Shown here: in pieces, positions 38,769 through 46,268 of the stretch
Layout: each line of letters starts with the position of its first letter
Numbering within the stretch: position 1 is the first letter of the stretch
From: Halarcobacter sp.
Lineage (GTDB): Bacteria; Campylobacterota; Campylobacteria; Campylobacterales; Arcobacteraceae
Length of the DNA: 64,000 nucleotides
Direction of reading: 5' to 3'
Assembly (NCBI GenBank): GCA_048571215.1
Contig: CP182352.1
Coordinates: 3,328,001-3,392,000 of the forward strand
The notes under the pieces: model-generated
What the model saw: the letters and a program-made list of their open reading frames with translations, nothing else
The model's database searches: none
Told to the model about the DNA's origin: nothing
Position numbers and translations under genes: made by a program

Positions 38769-40943
38769 ATGATTCAAACAATCTTTTTGCAAGAGAGTGA
38801 AAAAGATATTTTTCGTTCTCTTCAAAATCAAGAGATCAATACCACCAAATTTGAACATCATTTTATTGATTTGTTCAATAAAATGTATAACAATGAAGTA
38901 GGCTATTACATCTTTGAGCAAGATGAACAAATTTATAAAATCATTATACTACCTAAAACGATAGATGAAAAAAGTCCAACAGTACAAAAGGAGTTTGTGG
39001 ATTATTTACTTCATTATCATCGAGTAAACAATAAATACAATTTTGACAAAACCAAACAAATACCAAATTCACTTCTAAGTCTTGCATTTGAACAGAACAA
39101 TCAAGATGAAAATAACTCACATAATCCAATTGAAGAGTTTGAGTATTATAAATATAAATCAATACTTGAATCTATAGAGGCATTTTTCAAACGACATAAA
39201 AACTATAAAAAAGTTCAAGTTGATTATAAATCACAAGATATAAAATATAAGCTTAACCTCTCAAAAAATATAAAAGAACTAGACAAAACAAAAATACATC
39301 AAACACAATCTATTGAGATGATGTATTCTCAAATAGCAACTATAGCTCAAGGTGCTTTAAAATTGTTTGCTAAAAGAAGAATTGATATTATCAAAGATGA
39401 AGAATATAAAAAACAACTTATTCAAGAAACAAAAAAAGTGATAAGTTTTATCGCTAAAAAATATCCAATAGATAAAAATTATAAATTTAGTTTATCAAAA
39501 TTGAATAATTCTAAAACAACAAAAGTGTATAGTAAAAAGAGTGATACTAAACTGTTGCTAGTAGATATAAAATCGTTGTTTGGTTTTGAACAGATGTATG
39601 AAGATAAGAATTTGTATGTTAATAATAGATATGACTTAACAACTACATCGTTTTTTATTAACCCTATACTTTTTTATGAGTGGTATGTGTATGATATATT
39701 AAATGATTTTACAAGTACAAATAATTATAAAACTTTATTTGATAAAGATGAAGATAATAAAACAACTATCAAATATGAGTTGGTTTCACAAAAGTTTAAA
39801 AAAGATAAAGAGAGAAGTTCAAACCCTGATTATATCTTGATAGATGAAGAAAAGAAGATAAAAATAGTTCTCGATGCAAAATGGAAAAACATAGAAAAGC
39901 TTGGAGATATAAAATCAAGTGATTTTTTAAAACTTAAACATGATGCTTCATTACTTGAAAACTCTTATAAAACTGTTCCTTATTTAATCTACCCTAATTA
40001 TTTAAGTGACGAGGATAAAATAAGTATTTCAAAAGATGATAATCAAGCTTTTAATTTTGGTATTTTACAAATTGATATGAATTTTGAGAAGGAAGACAAT
40101 AATATAGATTTTAAATATGATTTTGAAGAAATAGAAAAGCAAATTGAGAAAGATCAAAAAGATACTAGTGTCAAAAAATTATCTGAACATTTTATAAATG
40201 AAATTGAAAATAAAAGAACAGAATTAATAACTAAACTTTTAAATAGTGAAGATTTAGAAGATAAAGAAGATGTCTTTAATAAACTTGATAATCAGTTAAT
40301 AGAATCTTCCAAATTGTTAAGTAATCAACTAATTGGGGAAAAGTTACCAAATGAGATTGAACAAATATTAAAAGATTATGATAAAACACTCTCAGATATT
40401 AGTAAAGACTTTTTAAAATCATCTGGATTAATTTATAAGTACTATAAAAAGAAAAACTATAAATACTTTGACTATTCAATGCCTGCAAGTGGATTGTGGA
40501 AATTAGTTGAGAGAGAATTAAATACATCTTTTGTTTGGTATGTTAGAATTCAAAAAAGAGTTTGTGATTCAACTTGCCCTTGGACTTCATTGTTTACACG
40601 AAAAGATAAAATTACACATGAAATTGAAAAAGGTAAAACTGTAAAACTAAATCAATTTCATTATACAAAAGATGAATTACAAGGTGTAATGCTTGGTGGG
40701 ATAAATTTATTGTTAAAAGATAATGATATTTTAAATTACTTTAATACTTTTATAAATATTGATGATTATATAACTAGTGATATAATAAAAAATATTTCTA
40801 CTATTAGAAATGAAAATGCTCATATTAAAGCTATGAGTTTAGAAAAGTTTGAAGAATTATACAAATTATTATTTAAAGATGGAAATATTAATAAGCTATT
40901 AGATATGACGGGAATAATTAGAAATAAGATTGAATCTTTATAG
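38769..40943 (+). CDS. mcrC: McrC-like PD-(D/E)XK nuclease with coiled-coil and C-terminal HEPN-like domain
   Basis: IILPK N-terminal strand, FYEWYV, NPDYIL..VLDAKWK; C-terminal DYS..LWKLVEREL and RNENAH (Rx4H). Confidence 0.72.
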   Translation: MIQTIFLQESEKDIFRSLQNQEINTTKFEHHFIDLFNKMYNNEVGYYIFEQDEQIYKIIILPKTIDEKSPTVQKEFVDYLLHYHRVNNKYNFDKTKQIPNSLLSLAFEQNNQDENNSHNPIEEFEYYKYKSILESIEAFFKRHKNYKKVQVDYKSQDIKYKLNLSKNIKELDKTKIHQTQSIEMMYSQIATIAQGALKLFAKRRIDIIKDEEYKKQLIQETKKVISFIAKKYPIDKNYKFSLSKLNNSKTTKVYSKKSDTKLLLVDIKSLFGFEQMYEDKNLYVNNRYDLTTTSFFINPILFYEWYVYDILNDFTSTNNYKTLFDKDEDNKTTIKYELVSQKFKKDKERSSNPDYILIDEEKKIKIVLDAKWKNIEKLGDIKSSDFLKLKHDASLLENSYKTVPYLIYPNYLSDEDKISISKDDNQAFNFGILQIDMNFEKEDNNIDFKYDFEEIEKQIEKDQKDTSVKKLSEHFINEIENKRTELITKLLNSEDLEDKEDVFNKLDNQLIESSKLLSNQLIGEKLPNEIEQILKDYDKTLSDISKDFLKSSGLIYKYYKKKNYKYFDYSMPASGLWKLVERELNTSFVWYVRIQKRVCDSTCPWTSLFTRKDKITHEIEKGKTVKLNQFHYTKDELQGVMLGGINLLLKDNDILNYFNTFINIDDYITSDIIKNISTIRNENAHIKAMSLEKFEELYKLLFKDGNINKLLDMTGIIRNKIESL

Positions 40944-40991
40944 CTACTATTTTACTTGATTTTATCAGATAGTCTCAACAATCACCTCTCA

Positions 40992-41105
40992 AGCACGTCA
41001 TTATGCTCATTTTCATTGTTAATTTGAGCATGTCTATAAGTAAAGAATTTTAATTATTATAGGTGTCTTTAATAGTATCTCTTCTTCCTCTTTATGAAAA
41101 TGACA
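40992..41105 (-). mobile_element. Tn402/Tn5053-like transposon end with internal repeats
   Basis: Minus strand begins TGTCATTTTCATAAAGAG (compare Tn402 IRt TGTCATTTTCAGAAGAC); four related inner motifs at about 41085-41097, 41061-41074, 41027-41041, 40992-41006. Confidence 0.55.
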
Positions 41106-41119
41106 AAAGTTACCTCTGT

Positions 41120-41207
41120 ATTTAAAACTAGAAAATTGACCTTTTGAAGTTTGTATAAAGTCAAGAGATCAATTTTTTAGTTGAAGTTTTAAATTCTCAT
41201 TAACTAA
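41120..41207. repeat. About 90-bp palindromic direct repeat, copy A
   Basis: First 34 bp identical to 43217-43250; the remainder aligns with a few mismatches and indels to 43308. Confidence 0.9.
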
Positions 41208-41270
41208 AGATTTGCTTTTACATATTTTGAAAGTATAAGTAAATATTCTTTTTTGTAATTTTCAGAGAAA

Positions 41271-42989
41271 TTAGTCTTCGTTATTTAAATCATTGTGAAG
41301 TTTTCTTATTGTTTCATAATCATCTTTTCTAAAATAGGTTAATATCTCTATAACCTCTTCTCTTGTTCTTCCTAGATTTAGAAGAGTTTCTGCTCCCAAT
41401 CTTAAACTTCCTTCCGATGATTCTGGCATAGCCCACGAAGCTCCATGACTTAGGAGTGCATCTCTTGTTTTCATATTTTTTGTTCTTGATAAGATTCTCA
41501 TACTAGGAAATTGATTTCTTATATGTGAAACAATTTTTGAAGAAGTATAATGACTATCAACTGTAACAATAACAGCCTGAGCTTTTTCCAAACCTATTTG
41601 GGATAAAAAGTCAAGATTACTTAACTCTCCATAATAAACTGCTCTTCCCTCTTTTTGACCAAGTTCTACTCTTTGGGGATCTATATCAAAAGCTACAAAT
41701 GGCACATTTGCATGGCTTAGCATAGTTGCAACAAGTCGTCCAACTCTTCCATATCCTGCTATTATAACACCTTCCCATTCATCACTTGGAACATAAGCAG
41801 ATTTAATCTCAACAGGAGTTGTATCAAATTTTATTGATAGTTTTTCACTTATATTTACAACAATAGGAGTGATTAGCATACTAAATGAGATGATTGTAAC
41901 AGCTGCAATAAACATCTCATCTGAGATAACACCTAAAGCTTTTGCTGCTCCAAAAACAACAAATCCAAACTCTCCACTTTGAGCTAATAAAAAAGAAACT
42001 GAGATTGCAGTAGAGCGTTTATATCCCATAAAAAGCATAATTGAAAATAAAACTACAATTTTTATACCCATAATCACAACTAGGTGTTGGACTAAAATTA
42101 AGGGATCATTTAACATAGCCTTTAAATCTATCGACATCCCCACAGCTACAAAAAACAAGGTCATCAAGATACCTTTATATGGCTCTACATGCGCTTGTAT
42201 TTGATAATGATATCTTGAACTTGATAAAATCATACCCATAATAAATGCACCCAATGCCATAGATAAACCTGCATGTTCCATTGCCCAAGCTGCAAATACA
42301 ACCGATAAGATTACAGAGAAAAAGAACGCATCTTTGTTTTTGTTTCTAGCTAAATAATCCAATACTTTAGGTATCACAAATTTTCCAAGAACAAGTAAAA
42401 GTAAAATAAGTGCTACAGCTATTAAGACCTGTTGCCATAGTGGGTGTCCATCTGTAAGATTTCCTTTTTCAGCTAAAATTGGAACAAGTGCTAGTAGGGG
42501 AACAACTGCTAAATCTTGCATCAATAAGATAGAAAAACTACTTTTACCCATAGGGGAATATAGCTCCCCTTTTTCTTGTAAAATCTGCATAACAAATGCA
42601 GTTGAAGAAAGAGCAAAAGTTAAACCAACCAATATGGCAACTTGCCATGAAGTAGAATAAAAAATTGAATATAAAAATATAAAAAATCCAGAAACTAAAA
42701 TCTGTGCACTACCAAGACCAAAAACCTCTTTTCTCATACTCCAAAGCTTTTTAGGTTGCATCTCTAAACCGATAACAAAAAGTAGTAATACCACCCCAAA
42801 CTCGGTAATATGTCGTACCGCTTCAACCTTCTGGGTTAGTATTGGTCCAGGAGAATAAGGTCCTACAATAACCCCAGCAACTAATAATCCCAAAATACTA
42901 CCTAAGCCTAAATATTTCGATAGGGTGATTAAAACGGTAGCAACAACAATTAAATATAACGTTGAATTTAGAAGCTCTTCATTTGTCAT
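41271..42989 (-). CDS. CPA2 (KefB/KefC-like) monovalent cation:proton antiporter
   Basis: EFGVVLLLFVIGLE, ALSSTA, LLMQDL, LLAQSGEFGFV, TrkA_N IIAGYGRVG. Confidence 0.92.
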   Translation of the reverse strand: MTNEELLNSTLYLIVVATVLITLSKYLGLGSILGLLVAGVIVGPYSPGPILTQKVEAVRHITEFGVVLLLFVIGLEMQPKKLWSMRKEVFGLGSAQILVSGFFIFLYSIFYSTSWQVAILVGLTFALSSTAFVMQILQEKGELYSPMGKSSFSILLMQDLAVVPLLALVPILAEKGNLTDGHPLWQQVLIAVALILLLLVLGKFVIPKVLDYLARNKNKDAFFFSVILSVVFAAWAMEHAGLSMALGAFIMGMILSSSRYHYQIQAHVEPYKGILMTLFFVAVGMSIDLKAMLNDPLILVQHLVVIMGIKIVVLFSIMLFMGYKRSTAISVSFLLAQSGEFGFVVFGAAKALGVISDEMFIAAVTIISFSMLITPIVVNISEKLSIKFDTTPVEIKSAYVPSDEWEGVIIAGYGRVGRLVATMLSHANVPFVAFDIDPQRVELGQKEGRAVYYGELSNLDFLSQIGLEKAQAVIVTVDSHYTSSKIVSHIRNQFPSMRILSRTKNMKTRDALLSHGASWAMPESSEGSLRLGAETLLNLGRTREEVIEILTYFRKDDYETIRKLHNDLNNED

Positions 42990-43216
42990 TGTATTCCTTA
43001 AAAAAGTAATTTATAATTAATATCAATATTATATTTTACTCAATAATATTAAAGAAAGGATTAGAGATATTTGAATTTTGGAAAAGTTGGTGATATTGTA
43101 TGATTTAAGGTTATAAAAATTTATATTTATAGTTTGTTTTATGTTTTAAAATTGAACTAAAAAGTTGTGACTATGTTTATTTTCGTGATTGCGTTTTAGT
43201 CCAAGAATAGCATTTA

Positions 43217-43308
43217 ATTTAAAACTAGAAAATTGACCTTTTGAAGTTTGCATAAAATCAAGGGTCAAATTTCTAGTTGAAGTAGGCATTTAAATTCTCA
43301 CTAACTAA
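43217..43308. repeat. About 90-bp palindromic direct repeat, copy B
   Basis: Matches 41120-41207; internal arms AACTAGAAAATTGACC / GGTCAAATTTCTAGTT. Confidence 0.9.
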
Positions 43309-43338
43309 TGTATATTCTCATTAGTTAGTTTGTCTTAC

Positions 43339-43358
43339 ACCTCATGTCATAATCAAAA
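43339..43358 (+). repeat. 20-bp direct repeat containing a TGTCAT transposon-end-like motif, copy 1
   Basis: ACCTCATGTCATAATCAAAA, 19/20 identical to 48863-48882. Confidence 0.75.
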
Positions 43359-43486
43359 TAAATTTAGTATATAAATATTACTTATTTACGAACTTTATTA
43401 AGTTAGATATGAAAATTTATTTTTTTATTTGTCAAGTAAAAAATGATAATCAGTTAAAAATATTTTTATTTGTAATTAATTGAAAA

Positions 43487-43975
43487 TTATTTTACATTTA
43501 AGTGTTCAATGGTCACATCTACAGAACTATCTCTTAAATTTATATTTTTATTTAGTTGTAATAGTCTAAAATTTCTACCAAACACATCAAGTTTATTAAA
43601 GTTAATGTTTGTGTTTAATTTTTTCAATGAACTAGTATTGTTTATCTCAATTAAATTTATAGATTTTTTTGATTTAAGAGTTTGATTAGAGGTTATATAT
43701 ATGTTTACGATTTGCTTGTTAGCTAATTCTTCTTTGCCAAGAGAAAGAACAACTTTTTTATTTTTTTTATTTGCAACTTCAATCAAGTCTTTTATCTCAT
43801 TACCTTTAAGATAAATGCTTTTAGTTGCTCCAATATCATTGTTATAAGATTTGTTTCTTATTTTAATGATTTTCATTTTATCTTCAATCGTTAAGTTTTT
43901 TTTATTAAAAGAACTATCTGCATTTAAAATATAGTGAGAAAATAGTATGCAAATTAAAAAGCTAATTGTTTTCAT
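43487..43975 (-). CDS. Secreted hypothetical protein, Asn/Ile-rich beta-strand C-terminus
   Basis: Signal peptide ending ILNA; ATGA overlap with the upstream lipoprotein gene. Confidence 0.75.
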   Translation of the reverse strand: MKTISFLICILFSHYILNADSSFNKKNLTIEDKMKIIKIRNKSYNNDIGATKSIYLKGNEIKDLIEVANKKNKKVVLSLGKEELANKQIVNIYITSNQTLKSKKSINLIEINNTSSLKKLNTNINFNKLDVFGRNFRLLQLNKNINLRDSSVDVTIEHLNVK

Positions 43976-45366
43976 GATTGTACTCCACCATAGCTAATAA
44001 ATTTAATGTTCCCTTGATTATCTCTGTATAATTTAAATTTTCTTTTAAGTGTTCTGCCTTCTCTTTTAATTTCAACATTAACGGTATATATTGATTTCTT
44101 AAAAGGTGGAATTAAAATTTTTAATGATTTAATGTCATAATTAGGTTTACCTCTTAGTTTAAAAGTTTTAAGGTTATTCCAGCTTGTTTTAAAAGTTTGT
44201 GGTAACCATATATATTCTAGTTGATATTTACAATCATTAACCTTTTTGTAGTTAGATTTTTTGTCATTCATGAATCTAAAAAAGTAGCTAATAATTTCTC
44301 TTTCATCTTTAAAATCATGGAATGTCTCATTATTCCCATAATAATCAGTCATTTGGTTTTTAATATCATTTAGTTTTTTGATTCCTTTTTCATCAAATTT
44401 TACAGGGATTAAATTATATAAAGAAAAAGCTGTTGATAAATCTGCTTTATCTCCTAATAAACTTAGGTTATGGTATCCATTCTTTAAATCAATAGTAGAG
44501 TATCTGTTGTAAGTACCTTTTTTCTTGAAATTTGTTGCATCAAAAATGTCATTAAGTTTTTTTAAAATATCTTGTTGACTTCTTGATGAAAGTGTGTCTA
44601 TAAAGTGGTTTTTTAATAAAGTTTTATATTCTTCATTGTTAGTTCCTAAGATTCTATTATAATCTATAAAATTTATTGTTGAATATAATTGGACGAAGGC
44701 AACATCAAGTAAAGCGTAAATTGCATCTTGTTTTGATTCGTATATTATTTTATTGTCATTAATACCAAATCCTGTACCTGCAATATAAACATTAAATCCA
44801 AAACTATCAGTTTTAGACTTAATAGTGATTTTAGTACTTTGCGTTCCATACATTATATTTTCATTTCGATTGTAAATGTTAAGTGTAAGTGTCATTCTTA
44901 TATCTTCTATAATATTTTCAATACCAGTATAGTTACTAGAAGAACCTCTTCCTTTTCCACCTTCAATTGTAAAATCTTTACCAATTGATATTGATTTTGT
45001 AGTTTCACAAAAAAGAATAGGTTCAATTGAAAAATCTTGAGAATTTAAACCTTCATTATATTTAATTGTTGAATCTTCAAATCGTGTAGCTCTTCCTTTT
45101 ATCCAAGCTATAAATATAGAAGAATCAAATTTTTTAAAACAGTTTGAAAATGCACCTTCTGTAAATGCAATATTAAATCGGTTATTTTTGAAAACTTTAT
45201 TATTTACTTTTGCAAGTTCATTGTATCGTTTGACATATTGATCAGTATAAACTTCAACATTTTCTACTTTTTGTTTGCCAAAAGGATTTGATAAATTAAC
45301 ACTTGAACAACCTGATAAAACGAAAATGCTAAATATAAACAGAGTGTAAATCTTTGAACTTTTCAT
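43972..45366 (-). CDS. Lipoprotein, possibly CsgG/HfaB-like secretion pore with extra C-terminal domains
   Basis: Lipobox LSGC; IKGRATRFE, Gly-rich beta hairpins, RMTLTLNIYN..TKITI..ESKQDAIYALLDVAFVQL follow the CsgG/HfaB layout by eye. Confidence 0.5.
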   Translation of the reverse strand: MKSSKIYTLFIFSIFVLSGCSSVNLSNPFGKQKVENVEVYTDQYVKRYNELAKVNNKVFKNNRFNIAFTEGAFSNCFKKFDSSIFIAWIKGRATRFEDSTIKYNEGLNSQDFSIEPILFCETTKSISIGKDFTIEGGKGRGSSSNYTGIENIIEDIRMTLTLNIYNRNENIMYGTQSTKITIKSKTDSFGFNVYIAGTGFGINDNKIIYESKQDAIYALLDVAFVQLYSTINFIDYNRILGTNNEEYKTLLKNHFIDTLSSRSQQDILKKLNDIFDATNFKKKGTYNRYSTIDLKNGYHNLSLLGDKADLSTAFSLYNLIPVKFDEKGIKKLNDIKNQMTDYYGNNETFHDFKDEREIISYFFRFMNDKKSNYKKVNDCKYQLEYIWLPQTFKTSWNNLKTFKLRGKPNYDIKSLKILIPPFKKSIYTVNVEIKREGRTLKRKFKLYRDNQGNIKFISYGGVQS

Positions 45367-45412
45367 TATCAATCCTTTTTCATTATTGGATAATAAAGGT
45401 GTAAAACCTTTA

Positions 45413-45724
45413 TTATCTACTTATATTACCTATTATGGCACTTGCTTCTTTCCCAACTTTAATACTTCTACCTTTGTAATTAACACTATATTTTGAGTTA
45501 CTAACATTGCCCCCTGTTTGATTTCCTATGAATAGAAGACCTTCTTTTTCAACTACTGCACTAGTTAGATTTACATCAGCTATCATTTTAATATTAGATA
45601 CTTTTGTATAAGTACTGCCTGAGACTGAAGCAAGTTTTTTTAAAAAAGTTGCAGATAAATTTAGAGCAGATAAATTTAAAGCACAAACACACCCGATAAC
45701 TGTTACTTTGATTACATTTTTCAT
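45413..45724 (-). CDS. Small secreted protein with two 28-aa beta-rich repeats
   Basis: Signal peptide; KVSNIK..SAVVEKE..IGN and NVSNSK..SIKVGKE..IGN align ungapped (11/28 identical); AAGGA RBS. Confidence 0.75.
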   Translation of the reverse strand: MKNVIKVTVIGCVCALNLSALNLSATFLKKLASVSGSTYTKVSNIKMIADVNLTSAVVEKEGLLFIGNQTGGNVSNSKYSVNYKGRSIKVGKEASAIIGNISR

Positions 45725-45839
45725 GACTTTTCCTTCATATTTACTATATTAGATAATAAAGGTATTCACCTTTTTTATCTAATATATAAGTTGAAATGAT
45801 TTCAACTTTGCTACTGATTAATATCATTTATAGATGATA

Positions 45840-46043
45840 TAACAACGTCTTTTTACACCAATATTATCCATGTCTATGTTAGACTAATATTGTGTTAGAA
45901 ACATTTTTTCAAGTACTTCTTGATGTAGAAGCAATTTCTTTATAAAATGTTCCAGACAGTCCAAAAGTCCAAGATACTTCTATTACAGACATATTGTATG
46001 CACAAAGACAGCTTATAAAAGTAAATGAAATTACTTTTTTCAT
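45840..46043 (-). pseudogene. Decayed paralogue of the 103-aa secreted repeat protein
   Basis: AAAGGAG RBS, ATG 46043; reads MKKVISFTFISCLCAYNMS..LSGTFYKEIASTSRST*KNVSNTILV versus MKNVIKVTVIGCVCALNLS..LSATFLKKLASVSGSTYTKVSNIKMI. Confidence 0.75.
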
Positions 46044-46212
46044 TGTAAACTCCTTTAGTACATCAATAAATTGTTCAAATGAACACCACTCTTAGTAACC
46101 ATAAATGAACTATAGCATAGAAAATTTAAATTTAAAAGAGCCTATATATTAGATTATTATGATACATTTTGGATATGCAAATTTAAATTTACTGCGGTAT
46201 AATAATTTTAAG

Positions 46213-46250
46213 ATATTTTCGCATATTTTTCGCATATTTTTCGCATATTT
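46213..46250 (+). repeat. 11-bp tandem repeat (ATATTTTTCGC) x about 3.5
   Basis: ATATTTTCGC ATATTTTTCGC ATATTTTTCGC ATATTT between TATAAT (46198-46203) and the RBS of the 800-aa ORF. Confidence 0.85.
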
Positions 46251-46268
46251 AAATTTAAGGATGATGTT

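Noticed and set aside
41120..43308. Integron attC cassette
   Set aside because: An AAC...GTT-bounded hairpin is present, but the RYYYAAC/GTTRRRY boxes do not fit on either strand and no integron integrase is present; kept only as a generic recombination-site candidate
46213..46250. CRISPR array
   Set aside because: The 11-bp units are contiguous with no spacers; no cas genes or repeat-spacer arrays were seen anywhere in the window
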